Of a DNA stretch of 64,000 nt, positions 13,961 through 33,350 are shown piece after piece. The stretch's first letter is position 1; the number at the start of each line of letters is the position of its first letter. The DNA is from Camelus dromedarius (lineage: Eukaryota). The translations under genes were made by a program, and so were the position numbers. The DNA is taken from contig NC_087466.1 of assembly GCF_036321535.1 (NCBI RefSeq), forward strand, positions 2,914,001 to 2,978,000. The letters are read 5' to 3'. The notes beneath the pieces are model-generated. The model worked only from the letters and a program-made list of their open reading frames with translations. It ran no database searches and was not told the origin of the DNA.

Positions 13961-16900
13961 GGGGGCTGCAGTGATTTTCCCCCTGCCTCTTCTTACAAGT
14001 GACTGCGTTGTACTTGTTAAACTGTTACACATTTTTCTGTGTGTATGTTATACCTCATGGAACAAACAACTACACACACAAACACACACACACTCATAGA
14101 AGGAAGGAAGACCACCACCATACAGGGGGCTACCCAGCTCCCCCATCCCTCTGAGACCTTGCCCCAACTCTGGCCTGTGACAAAGGTGCCCTCACTGTGC
14201 CCCCCCAGCCCACCCCCAGCCTCCCTGAACCAGAGACACTGGTGTGCCTGCCGAGGAGGGGTGGGGGGGAGGGGGGCTTCCCTCATCTCCTTACATTTCA
14301 CTGTGAAGTGTTTCTGTCCCTAAAGTGGCCCTCCCGCCCCGCTACCCTTGGCCTGCCAGCTGGGCCCTCCTTGGCTGGTTCTGCCGGGTTCTGCCTGCCC
14401 TCTGCACTTGCTATGACTCCCATACTGTGGCAAAGTTCCTGGCATTGGAAGAAAGCAGGCATTTCCAACCCACTGTCCTGCACTCTGGCGTCAAGCTCTG
14501 AGTCCACCAGTGACCCCCTCACCAGGGACCCACGTCAAGTCTGAGGCTCTGGGGATGCCCGTGTGTGCTCGGGGGCTTGGCGGTTCCCCATGGGATTTGG
14601 GTGCTGTGTGCTGGTGCCTAGGTTATGTAAGTGGATTTTAACTAGTGGCTCTTGTGGGAGGCTCCGCAGCGAAGCAAGCAGGGTTGGCGGCGAGGGCAGG
14701 TCTGTGCAGAGAGCCGCTGCTGGGCCGTTCTCCTGGGTCAGACGGGCACTTTCAACTGCAAAGTCAGCCAGGGCTGGAGGCTCCTGGTGTGAGTCATGGG
14801 CCACATGGAGGCAGTGGCCCACGAGTTCCTGCCAAAACCCCTTCTGCACCTCGCAGTCCATCCGAGGCTGGAGCTGGGAGACAGAGCCTGGCTCACCTGC
14901 AGGAGTTGAGGGGTGGCTAACTGACAACAGTATTCATGGGAATCAGAGAAGAAGGGTGGAGATAGAACAACCCAAGGAAATTGCGGCACGCCCAGAAGCT
15001 AGCCAGGCCCTACCCAAGACCTGGGCTGGGAGTCTTCTGCCCTGGGCATCAGGCTCCTGTGGGAGGTGCAGAAGGAACCGGAATGGTTTGAAACGCATGC
15101 CCCAGTCTTATTCCCAGGACAGGAGCAGTGGAAAATAAGAAAGAGGAATGTCTTCAAAAGACTGTGAGGTGGCAAGGGACAGGCTGGGCACAGATGAAGG
15201 GCTCATGAGACCCGGAAGGGAACCAGAGACCAACTCCAGGACCAGCAATGCCCTGGAGGGTGCGGGGGCCGACAGGGCAGAGCATGGGGAAGCGGCAAGA
15301 ACTGCGGCAGGGAGCCAGATGGCTCAGAACACTCCTGAGGGCTTGGCCGCTTAAGGAGGCAGACAGGGACTCCGTAAGAACCAGAAGCCATCCCACAGGC
15401 TGGGCAGCTCTCAGAGGCTGGAGGGCCTGGGCAAATCCAAGGACAGAAGATCAGCACCAGACTCTGAGAAGATCTGGGGGCGTGTTTTGGGATGGCACAA
15501 TCACTGTGGGTGGGGGTCAGGGGGACACAGCCCTAAAGTAATGTGTTTTTAAAGGTAATTAGGTTTTAAAGACCTAATTTGGTCTCAAGAAGGCTCAGCT
15601 GAGCCCAGAGCCAGAGTGGCGCTGGCAGAGGGGAGGTGGCTGCTCTTGGGTCTCCTGGGTGGAGACTGTTTCAACAGCGGATGCCAGAATTGCCTGGTTT
15701 TTCTTTCTCTTGCCATGGGAGACCCCAAGAGACAAAATCTAGAGGAATATGTCAGAAAAAGTAATTGTTGGACCAGAAAGCAAAGAGAAAGTAAAAGCAG
15801 GGAAGGCCCTGGAATCCAACAAAAACAGCCAGGCCTCTGTGTGGTGAGGAAAAGGGATGAAACCACGTCAGGAGCCAGCCCAGCACCATCGCACAGGGCT
15901 CGGCTGCGGGGCGTGGCCCAGCCATCCTGGGGCTGCAGGCAGCTGCCCGGCTGGATGCTCACAGTGGCCACAGACCCTCCCACTAGAAACTAGGTTGCAG
16001 AAACAGCGGCCACTCAAGGCTGGGGCATCCTGAATGGAGGACAGCTGGTGTCCTGGGCACCAACCAGGCAGAGCCCTCAGTTCGGGAACCTGCTCTAGGC
16101 AGGATGCACGGACACGGGCGGGGGCCTTGCACTGGGCAGTCCCACACCTGGACACCTGTCCCTAGGCAGGGATCAGCACTGGATTCCCAGAGGGAAAGAG
16201 AAATTATGTGGTTTTGAACATTCTGGAAGAAAGAAGTTATCGTAAATGGGCCCTGATGGCTGGGCTGCCCACAGGGCAGGGGCTGACCATTCCTGAGAAG
16301 GCAGGAGTGGCACAGATGCGCTCAGAGAGGAGAAGGGAGGCAGCAGTTGCTCCCCGCCCCACCGAACATGGTCTCATGGGGCTACCCGACCCCTCCCCTG
16401 GGTCAAACCCGCAGGGTGTGGGGTCTGGGCCCTCACTCTCCCCTGTCCGCTCTCCTCCAAGTTCGCCTGGATCTTGAAGCGGCAGGAAGAGGAGTCTACA
16501 CGGGGCTGAGCACTGAGTTCTAAGGATACCCAGCAGCCTGTAGGCTGCCCTAGGAATTGATTTTCCTGGACTCAGTGGGGCTATGGGGCTGTCACCATCT
16601 GGTTAGTCCTAGTAACTCAGCCTGTTAAAAGTGGACAAGAGAACAGGCCAGTTCAAATACCGAGGTGTGGAGAGCATCCCGGCAGCGTGGGTGGCTGGCG
16701 GCACGGTCCCTGGAGAGGGAGTTGAGGGCCAGGCTCTGTGAATGCTTTGGGCTTTAATCCTTTGACCTTAAGACTTTCAGTTTTTATTTCTTTGAGCTTT
16801 AGCCTAAAGCTTGATTTGAATTCCACCCTAGAAAAATTCGTGAGAGAGGGTGTTTCTACATTGACTTTTTGATTATCTCTGCAGAACACTGGAGCCAAAT

Positions 16901-19900
16901 TTGGACCTGGGGGTTGGACCTCATTTGGGATGGGAAAGAGGTGGGAGAGAATTCTGTTTGAGATCCAATGTGCCCTTGGAGTTCAGTGACACTGGGTTCT
17001 GGCCCATCCCGAGGCCGAGGTGAGGGACCTAAACCACCATGGGCCCCAAAGGGGGAGGGTGGAATGGGGTTACGTCCCCCGCCACCCCAGAAACAGTTGA
17101 GGGGCCTGGAGGTGGGGGGCGCCTTTCACTCCCACAGAGTCCCACCCCTCTCCCCCTCTGCAGCAAGCGGCAGCGATATCGCTGACCCAAGGATTTGGGA
17201 AAATAAAGTGGGCAGGTTCCACTCAGCTTCTTTGAGGCTCCTCTGGGGATTGGGCCCACAGTGCCATGTGGGTGCCCAGGGGCGCCCTCGTTCTAGTTGA
17301 GGGTGAAGCAGAGTGAGCCACCCAGGTTGTGCAGGTCTTTCTCTATCGCCCCAGACTCCCAAAGGGTGCTGACCCAGCCTCCTCGCCCCTACACCCGCCT
17401 GTGAACCCGACCCTCCCTGGCTTCCTCCTCCTCACTCTCAAAGCTGCACTGCTGACCCTGACCTGCTGCCAGCCTGTCCCCAGAACCTGACACCCATGCT
17501 CTGCTGGAAATGAATCCCAAACTAGCCTTTCAGATAAGCTTTTGTTTGTTTCTTAAAAGGCCCACTCTGAATGCTTGGGAAGAGGCAGAGCTGCCTGCTG
17601 AGTTGGACCCTTTGCTCCTTGCTGCATGGCCTGGCCCCCAGGGGTCACTGCCCCTGCTCACTTTCCTTCCCTGGACCCTGGCCTCCACGGGTCATCCTCC
17701 CTGCAGCCACTGGAGTGGCAGCGCCAACAGCAACCCCTCCATTTTCCAGGCTTCTCCAGCGGCCTGGCTAGGCGGGCTCACCAACTGCGCTGGGAGTTTC
17801 TGACGGCTGGGCCGGCGCCCAGGGCCTGGTCTGCACCGCCTGCTCCACCCAGGGCAGGCTCAGCTTTGACTAAAGGCCAGGGCGACTTCTCTAAACAGGC
17901 AGGGCCCCAGCCTGAGTCCAGGGCCTCCAGGCCGACCGTCCCCCTGGGGCCACAAGGACAGGGCTCCAGCTGAGTGGGCCTTTCTCAGTTTCTCAAGAAG
18001 ACATTGCCTCATGTTATCCTCACAACAACCCTGTCAGGTAGGGGTTGGTGGCCCTACTTGAAAGGGGAAACTGAGGCCCAGAGATGGAAAGGAGGCAGCC
18101 TCCCCTGCAGTCACATAGCAGGTCAGCGGCAGGACCAGCACCCGTCCTCACCCCAACCCTCCCTTCAAGCTCAGCCTTCTCTCTTTTCTCCCAGTTCTTC
18201 TTCTTTTATGCGTTTCCTCTCCCTGACTGATAAGGAGTTTTTATACTTGTGGGCGTCTCAGCAGTTCAGTCCTGGCAAAGGACAGGCAGGTTGAGGGGAA
18301 CCGGCCCGGGCTTTGCCAGGGATTCGAGCAGGGATTGCCTCTGCTGGCCCCCACCGCTAGCCTGCTCAGAAGTGTACCTGTGGCTCAAAGATCAGCTTGA
18401 CCAGCTCTGTGTGTGCAAGAGAAGGCAGGGGTTGCTCAGCTGGGAGAAAGCTGCTCGGGGGCCTAGGACCATCTTCCCATCCAAAGGAGGGCTTTTGGGG
18501 TGGGCACACATGCCGGGAACCTCCCTGCTGTGTGGATGGGAGGGGGAAGAGGGAGGGTGGGTGGGTAGAGATGCTTGCAGGTCAACACAAAATTAGGCAG
18601 AATTAGAGTGAACCAGTCACCCCTGTGCGCAAAGTCATATGCCATCCCCCCCTGGAACTCTCTGGGTGACCATGGGGCCTGGCACAGCTGCAGTGACCCA
18701 GGGCAGAGCTGGATTTAGGGTCAAGACTAATGGAGCTCAAGCTCCAGGGCATCTGACTGCCCTGGAGAGGGTTCCTCGCCATGCTTAGTGTCGTCAGGTG
18801 CTTTTGGAAAATTTGCAGCAGAGGTTTTTACAAGTTGGTGGAAGCCCACTGTCTCTTTCCATTACAGATTCCTCTGTCACACATCTCCCATGGGAGTAGC
18901 TGTGGGCATTTGGGATGTGGCTAAGGAGGGTGGTAGAGTTGGGGGATCACTAATGTAAGGGTTAAGTGGGATATATTCACTTGCGTTGAAGTCACTCCTG
19001 TGTCTTCTTAAATTACTATCACTATGTTGGTGCATAAACAGCTCCGGGGGACACGCTTACTGCCAAAGAAAAGGTGGAATCGTCTATTGTCTGTGGGAAA
19101 TATTACAAAATCATTGTCACAAAGAAAGGAAATCAGAGTCTACAGTCAAAAAACATGGCAGGAGGGAGTATTTTAAAGATGGTGTGTCCAGCAATCATAT
19201 GTCAGGGTATTTTGCTTGTGTTTGCTATGGTTATGGTACTGGTTTTCAAAATTCTTAATTTCTCAATCTAAATAATCACTTTATATAAAAAGGATTACTT
19301 ATCCTTTGGAGTGTATTGACAGTGACCTGCTTTTCTGCTTTTCTGATCAGTCTCCTTTTCCAACCAGCTCTTCATTCATAACTCAATGCTTCCCCCAGTG
19401 TTTGTGGGTCAGATTCTTATCGGCTATAAAGGGGGCCCCAATGTTCCCCACGGCTCGGTTCTCACACCACCACGTGCTGCTCTTCAGGACTGAACATCCC
19501 CCTGATGCAGAGACCTAAGAGCATCATTATCTCCAAGTCACACAGGAGAAAACCGGGGCCAAGGTCAATGCTGTGGCTGATGGAAGTGGCAGTGTTGAAA
19601 ATGACATGACATGAAGGATGAGGTCAAGGCAACCATGAGGTCAAGACAGCTGCAGCGCTCTGTCCCAAGGCCATTTCAGTTGGTGACAAAACAACTGTCT
19701 CTAATAGATTCCCAACCAGGGTTCCTCCCCCACGGCAGTGGCCTCCTCCGGAGCCAGAAACGCCTTGGTTTGTGTGGTTTCATTCACAGGCCATCTTAGC
19801 TCCACTTAAACAGGAAAGCTGAAATGACTTGCCCAAGATCACTCAGCTAGTAAGTGACAGATCCAGGATTCAAATTTGGGTCTCTGGACCCAGAGCAGGG

Positions 19901-21089
19901 TCAGAGAGAATAAGGGCAAACAGACTGGCAGCCCGTGGAGCTGTCCCAGCCCTGCTAGCAAATGGCAGTGGCAGGCCTGGCTGGAGAGGTCGGCTCCAGG
20001 CCCTTTCTTCCCTGGTGGCACCCTAACCTACGTGGACTGGGCTTTCTTGGTAACACGTCCCTGCATTTGAGGGCCCCGCACCCTTTAAAAGCACTTTCAG
20101 TGTCTCATTAGGTCTCTATAAGCACCTCCAGAGCAGGCAGAGCTACAATTATTTTACAGATGACAAAGCAGCCTCAGAAAACTTTTTGGGGCTCAGTTAC
20201 CTCCCTATTGGGATGTTCCCTGGTGTGGTCAGCAGTAAGTTGCCCTACAGGTGCAGGGACTGTACACCCAAGGTCATAGCAGGTTCTGTTGGAAGACCTC
20301 CACCAAGGTCCTCCCTGAGGGAGGTGGGCTGGGACCCCAAGGTGCCCTGGCAAAGGATGAACAAAGCATGAACTAGATGTGGGGGGTGGAGTCTCACATG
20401 AAGTTTCCTACTGACAAGGGTTACTGAAAGGGTTCTTGCCCTGACCCCGTAGTCTTTAACACTGGGTCCACTTCACCTAGAAGGCCTGAAATGAGACTGG
20501 GGTGTTTATGACACATACTTCTCTTAAAACCAGTGTCTAGTTCTCACCAGGGTGGGCCCCGTGTGCGCTCTCCCCCTCCTCCAGTTGGCATCACAGTCTT
20601 GTGTTGCCACTGTCCATCTGTCCCTTCCTCTTTCCCCTCCTTAACCCACAGGTAAGTCTCCCACAAATAGAGGTAGGACTCAGGGTGGTTAAGAGCTGTG
20701 GTCAGACTTCCACCTACACGGGAAAGCAACCTCAGATCCCTTCCTGCTCCAGAACTGGACTCTTGACTCAGGTCAGAAGAGCTTTCCTTTCTTTTCCTCC
20801 TGCCTGCCCACCCTCCTTTCCCTGACCGGTCTTTCCCTCCGCTATCCTGTGCATAAAACATTCACCTTCCCAAAATTAGTAGGGGTCTACTAGGATTTGC
20901 TCCGTGATGGGGCTTCTAAGGTTGGGAATGACGCCGTGGACTCAGCTTTGCCGGGCGGTGGTGGGGGAGTGGGGCACGGCGCCCGCTCTCATTTTCTTCC
21001 AACTCCCTTTTTCCCCTCCACTTTTTGAGTTCACCCTTTACTCTTCGCGCCTTCCTGTCTCCCCTCCTCCTTCTCTGCCGCTGAGACCC

Positions 21090-21660
21090 TGCTCAGTTCC
21101 TTCCACTCGACACGGCCGCAGACTCTGCACTCCCTTCCTTCGCCCCCCGGGTCCCTGTCCAAGCTCCCGAGGCCCCGACCCTTCCCTTCCCGCCCTAGAG
21201 GAGGCCCCAGCGCTTTCCCGCCCCTTTCTTCCAGCCCCGGCCGCCTCTTGGCAATAACGGAACCACCCGCCGCCATCGGAGGCCCTGGGCACAGTGGCCG
21301 CTCGGGTCACTTGACTGTAACTGACCAGCGCGCTCCGGCCGTCAGTTGCCGGCGCTGCCCGTTGCCAGGGCAACCCGCGCACCCACCCCTTCCTCCCGAC
21401 AAGCTCCGCGCGTGGGCGGGGCTGGGTGGGGCTGGTGGAGTCGTGGGCCCGCCCACCTCCAGCATGCTCCGCTCGGGACGGTGCTCTGAGGGGCGGGGCG
21501 GGGCGGGCAGCTCCCACGAAGCTCCGCGCGGCGGGGCGTGGCCGGTGATGTCCCCGGGGCTCCAAGGCACCTGCACCGGCTGCATCTGAGGGGCCAGTGA
21601 CGGCTGTTAAAATGCTGTGCCGAGGGCCGGGGTGAGGCGCGCGTCCAAGAGGAGGGCCGT
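21090..21660. promoter_or_regulatory. Orphan CpG island with RFX X-box and GC-box cluster
   Basis: High CpG density; palindromic X-box gttgccagggcaac at 21361-21374; ggggcggggcggggcggg at ~21490-21507; + strand donor-like gg|gtgagg at 21632. Confidence 0.6.
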
Positions 21661-23211
21661 CTGGCATAATTTTTATTTTTGCAGTGACCTTTTTGTTAGT
21701 ATGGTGGCTTTCATTTATTATTAGAAAGACTATTGTCCAAATAATGTATTCTCCGCCTGGGTGAGGCTTAAGTGAAGCCCCCAGGCGCTTCCACCTCAGC
21801 CTCCACCGTGGAAACCACGCTCGGGAATCTGGTGTTTGCCGTCGTGTATGTGTTTATAATCGAAGGAATTCACGGACAGCCACCGTATGGTGGTTATATT
21901 GACTGTTTTGAGTCAGACACTTGAAAAACAGCAAATGCAAGAAAAACGCTGACATTCTTTGTTTCTTAAAAGCAAGAGATGAAGTTGCCGTGTGAAAAAT
22001 GTCCTCCAAGTACCAGAAGGAAAGTAACATTCTTATCGTCATGGGGGAAAAGTTGAGATAAAGAGAATTTAGTACAAACAAACCTTGTTAAAGTAGTCTT
22101 CCATTAGCCTCTTTGCATAGTTTAGTTATTTTCCCGCAATTGCCTCTTTGTTCAATCTAATAGAAAGGCGCATAAAGTTTGCCATTACTTTGTGTCTTCA
22201 TTCCTTATGAAGGGTCCCAAGTCAGGTGAAACTTGTATTAAATACATTTAGAAGCTCTTCTTCTGTTGAATGCCAGTCAGACCCAGTTGGAAAAAAACCC
22301 AAGAGGACAAAGGTAAAATTTTACCTTCCCAACACAATCCTTGTAGCTGGCTTCATGATTTGGGATTTCCTTAATGTCTCTCTGCCCCACAGCTGTCCGA
22401 GATGCTCTCACACAGGTACCTGGGCTTAATTCATTAATTCTCACTCTGCACGTTGTTAGATTCTTTTGCTAATGGCCGTTTAGAATGTTTCCAATTCTTT
22501 GCTCTTACAAGCTTGTAATAGCATATTGAACATATTATAAACACACTAGCCTGATGGGTGTGGAATGGTATTCATTGTAATTTTAATTTTCATTTCCCTA
22601 CTTTTAGTAAGTTTGAGCTTCTTTTTATGTATTTTTGGGCTACTCAGTTTTCATGTTCTGTGAATTGCCTGTTCATATCTTTTGCCCAGTTTTCTATTTC
22701 ATTGTGCTTTGTTCCCTACTGACAGGTAGAAATTTTAATACTTTTGTGGTTACCAATCTTTTGCCAGTTTGGTGCATTCATTGCAAATATTCAAGTCTGT
22801 GGCTCTAAGAGGGTGACAGCTTGAGCGTGTGCCATCTGCTTCCGTGGCTAGCATCCTAGCGGGATCCAGAGGAAACAACTTGCTGTCTTTAATTACCAGG
22901 AAGCCTACACCCTGTTTTATAACCAAGGGCTCCTTACAACCAACAGAGAGTCCAGACACAAGCATTTAGGGAATTGCCCGTAAGGGATAGAAACAGTGCA
23001 GGTGAAAGCACAGCCCTGTTCCCTTACCCACATTTCTATTTTCAGTGGAATGCTTGGTTTTCTCATGGGTGGAGTGGGGCAGGGGCAGTCCCACAGGGCT
23101 CCCAACATGAAAAAGCAAGCAGGCAGGAATTGCCCTCTGGTCCTGTGCTGTGTGCACCAGGATGGAGAGTCGCAGTGCAGGCAGGGCATGGAAGGAGGGC
23201 AGAGGGAAGCC

Positions 23212-24036
23212 CAGCAGGCCTGCACCTGTGGATGAGTGCCTGGCGTGGCAGCACACCAACATCCAGGTGCCTGCCACCAACGTCTGCCTGTGCAAGGTGA
23301 GCCTTCCTGCCTTATTGTGCAGGTAGGCAGGAGCCAAGACCCCCAGAGCTGGAAGGGACCAATTGGCCCATATACTAATTGCTGTGTACTGCCCTATGCA
23401 GACACCGCTAATCTATCCTAGCTGTCTTTCTTCTGAGCCTGAATGAAAGCTCAGACTCCTTCTGAACACAGAGCCCCAGAGGGCATCACTGATAAATGGC
23501 AGCTGGGGAGGGTGGAGAGGAAGCTGAGGAGGCTTGGAGGGGCCCAATATAAGTGCCCCCTCTCTTTCTGGCCCAGTGTCTCCTACCCGACTTCTCCAGG
23601 CAGCCTGTGGATGCCAAGTGGCTGGAGCGGCTGCTGGGGAAGCTGACACTGTCTCTGCAGCACCTGGATTGGGAGGTCCTGGCAGCCAAACCATTCCTGG
23701 CCACCAAGCAGTTCTCCCTGGCAGATCTGATGGACTCAAAGAGCTGATGCAGGTGAGGTTCCCCTGTCCGCCTGCCCTCTGGGGGTACTCAGGGTGTAGC
23801 CTGAGCCCCAGGTTCCAACTGCTCTGTCTTCCCAGCCCACTGCCTTCAGTTGTGACCTATTCTGAGACTGGCCCTGGCTGGCAGTTTGGTGGGCCCTTGT
23901 GGAGGCCCCCCTGGGCATGAAGCTAGTCCAGGAGGCCCACAGGCTTGTGCTGTAGGCTTGGGACCCCCGAGAGGCCCAGTAGGACCCCCAGCTGGCCCAG
24001 AAGCTGGTGCAGAAAGTGAAGGAGCAGCTGCACTGA
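23212..24036 (+). pseudogene. Theta-class GST pseudogene (divergent paralogue; 3' half of exon 3, exon 4, exon 5)
   Basis: Exon-3 remnant ~23212-23296 (QACTC-[2-nt deletion]-VDECLAWQHTNIQVPATNVCLCK|gt); exon 4 23577-23752, 176 nt versus 177 in the intact paralogues (CLLPDFSRQPVDAKWLERLLGKLTLSLQHLDWEVLAAKPFLATKQFSLADLMDS-fs-ELMQ|gt); exon 5 23836-24036 with in-frame stops at 23863, 23953 and 23980. Exons 1-2 not found. Confidence 0.9.
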
Positions 24037-24861
24037 GGGGATACTGGGCCCTTGCCCTCCGCCGTCTGCAGTAAACTTGCTCTCTCCCTCCGCGCACCTC
24101 CAGCCTCACTGTGCAGGGAAGTAAGGTCTCTCCAGGAGGGAGTTCTCCTGGGAACTCTCACAGGATCACGCAGCTTGGAGTGGGCAGCACTCAGGCCTCC
24201 CCCTGGTGTCCAGTTACCTTTCTCAGCTGCCAGGTGCTGAGTCCGGACACACAGCCTGGCCACAGCCAGTCCAAACCCAGACTGAAAGTTCCCAGGCTCC
24301 TCTGTGTGGCATGATCTGGCTAGCGTCCACTGTGTCCGCGGTGGCATCATCCCTGATGCCCCGGCAGCTCCCCATGCTCCCATTTCTTCCTCTTCACCCA
24401 TTTCTAGGTGCAGTTCAGGACAAGGTGATCTGTGAATACCCCCAGTCTCTGCTTCTGGAACCCTCCTGGGTGAGTCATCATCCCTGGACCCAGCAAAGCC
24501 CCTTCAGTCACATTCTGCGGTGAAGGCCTGGCCCAGGGAATTCCCAAGTGTAAACTGTTCTCAGACCCAGGCCAGGGACACATATGGGTGCCCCCAGGGA
24601 GGGGAAGGACAGGGTCACAGCCACCCCCCACCCCCTGGCCCCGAACCACAGGCTTCTCCCCAGCCCACTCCTGGCCTCCTCAGAATCCTGGTGCTGTGAG
24701 AATTCCAGGCTTCCCGGCCTCATGACAGCACCAAGTGAACAAGAGGTTCCAGAACGTGGGGTCCTGGGCCTGGGCTGGTGGGCACAGGACCAGGGTGCAG
24801 GCTGCATATCAGCTCAGGTTGGGTGTCTGCCGGCCGCGGCTGGGGCCCCACTCGTGTCTCC

Positions 24862-31491
<6,630 letters not shown>

Positions 31492-31579
31492 AAGCAGCGC
31501 CCCCAGTAGGGCCTGGCTGGCTCAGCCCTCTGAGCCTCCTTCCTTAGGGGAGACACTGAAAACCACTGTTTCTTTGACT

Positions 31580-31585
31580 AATAAA
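31580..31585 (+). terminator. GSTT4: GSTT4 polyadenylation signal AATAAA
   Basis: AATAAA 89 nt after stop. Confidence 0.8.
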
Positions 31586-31689
31586 GAATGGAGCAGCCAC
31601 CATTGCTGAGCCTGGGATGTAGGGTGAGCATAGCATCTGATGCAGGGCTGGGTGGTAGATGCAGGTCCCCCCAGCTTCCAAAGAGAACT

Positions 31690-32840
31690 TAAAAATTAAG
31701 GCTGAGATGTGATTAAACTGCCAACAGTAATAGTTGATGACTTCAGTACTCCACTTTCACTGATGGCTAGACTAGTGAGACGGAAGACCACCAAGGAAAC
31801 AGAGGGCCTGAACCATGCTCTGAGCCCACGGGCCTGTTGGGTGCACAGAGCACTGTGCCAACAGCAGCAGAGCAGCCTCAGGTGCGTGTGCAGTACTTTC
31901 TAGGATAGACAATGTTAGGCCATAAAACAAATCCCAATAAATGTAGAGACTGAAATCATACAACGTGTGTTTTCTCTGTACACAATGGAATGAAGTGAGA
32001 AGTCAATAGCAGAAGGAAAACGAGAAAAAGAAATGTCTAGAAGTGAAACAGTATGGTTTTAAACAATAGATCAAAGAAGAACTCTCAAGGGAAATTAGCA
32101 ACTACCTCAAACAAATGAAAGCAAAAACATAACACACCAAAATTTATGGGATGTGGGCAAAGGTAATGTTAAGAGGGACATTTATGGCTGTAAACGCATA
32201 CAGATCTCAAGTCCATAACCTAATTTACACCTTAAGGAATTAGAAAAAGAAGAGCAAACTAAACCCACAGCCAGCAGCAGAGAAGAAATAATAAAGATAA
32301 ACGTGGAAAGATCAGTGAAATAGAGAATTAAAAATAATTAGAGAAGATCAATGAGATAAAAAAAATTGGATTTTTTAAAAAGTCAATGAAATTGACAAAC
32401 TTTTAACTAGAATGACCAAGAGAAAAATTAGACTTGAATTGCTCAGATCAGTAATGGAAGTGGGCACAGCCCTACTGATCTTACTGAAAGACAAAGGATT
32501 TTAAGGAAGTACAGTGAACAGTTGTATGTGAACAGACTAGATAACCCAGATGAAATGGGAAAATTCCTAGAAACACCTTTTTACCAAAATAGACTCAAGA
32601 ATAGAAAATTTGAATAGATCTATGACAGATAAGAATTTGAAATAGTAAAAAAAAAAAAATTGAAATAGTAATCATAAAACTTCCTACAAAAAAAAGCCTA
32701 GGACCAGATAGCTTCACTGGTGAATTCTACGAAATGCTTCAAGAATTAACACCAAGGCTTCACAAACTCTGCCAAGAAATAGAAGAGGAAGAACATTTCC
32801 CAGCTTGTTCCATGAAGCCAGCATTACCTTGATACCAAAG
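31690..32840 (+). mobile_element. L1 ORF2 remnant (endonuclease and following region), degenerate
   Basis: Translation IVDDFSTPLSLMARLVRRKTTKETEGLN resembles L1 ORF2 'IVGDFNTPLS.MDR'; 'ggaccagatagcttcactggtgaattctac' (GPDGFT motif region); many stops. Confidence 0.85.
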
Positions 32841-32841
32841 T

Positions 32842-33048
32842 GACTAGCGGTAATCTTACCAAGATGTTTGCTTGACTGCGTGTATTGCTAACAAAAATCA
32901 CATATAAATTACCTTTCTCCTGTTACCTCTTCAGAGAAGCTCCCTAGAGCTGAGAGGCTATTTGTCAGACTATAGTTCTCAACAAGACCCTGGATAAAAC
33001 TTAACTCACAACACTCTGGTGTGTTTTTTGTTTGTTTTCAGTAGACAG
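32842..33048 (+). mobile_element. 3' part of an ERV-type LTR
   Basis: 'cacatataa', 'ctggataaaacttaactcacaactc', end 'ttttcagtagaca'; interrupts the L1. Confidence 0.4.
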
Positions 33049-33090
33049 TTACCATTTTTTGGTTGTTGCGAGAATAATTAAGAACTACTT

Positions 33091-33350
33091 GGAGGTGGGG
33101 AATGGCTCAGTGGTAGAGCATGTGCTTAGCATGCACGAGGTCCTGGATTCAATCCCCAGCATCTCCATTAAAAAAAATAAAATAAAATAAGAACAAAATT
33201 AGAAAGAAAAAAAAGGGGGGTATAGTTCAGTGGTAGAGTTCTTGCTTAGCGTGTACGAGGTCCTGGGTTCCATCCCCAGTACTGGTAATAACTAACTAAC
33301 TAAATAAATAAATCTAATTGCCTCCCCCTCCAAAAAAAAAAAAAAATTGT
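33091..33350 (+). mobile_element. Two tandem tRNA-Ala-derived SINEs (33091-33213, 33215-33350)
   Basis: Two heads with A/B boxes, A-rich and (TAAC/TAAA)n tails. Confidence 0.85.

Noticed and set aside
14535-15138. Overlapping 130-aa (-) and 191-aa (+) ORFs with raised CpG content and a splice-like ctgcag|gtgag
   Set aside because: No recognisable protein in any frame and no partner exons; more likely an enhancer-like patch (AP-1 site tgagtca at ~14789).
18661-18720. ccatggggcctggcacagctg as a possible lost exon 1 of the GST pseudogene
   Set aside because: Match limited to ~10 nt and does not extend into the [14 protein letters not shown]-coding sequence.
19074-19271. 65-aa ORF with hydrophobic C-terminus like a tail-anchored microprotein
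   Set aside because: Non-ATG start, AT-rich probable old repeat; T-rich DNA readily yields hydrophobic translations.
21660-22430. AT-rich block with a faint hAT-like phrase (FWYLEDIF) on the minus strand
   Set aside because: Similarity too short to support; left unassigned pending a Dfam search.
33091-33170. SINE heads closely resembling tRNA-Ala(AGC), this copy even ending ccccagcatctcca
   Set aside because: Degenerate 5' acceptor stem, A-rich tails, TSDs and a dozen dispersed diverged copies indicate SINEs, not tRNA genes.
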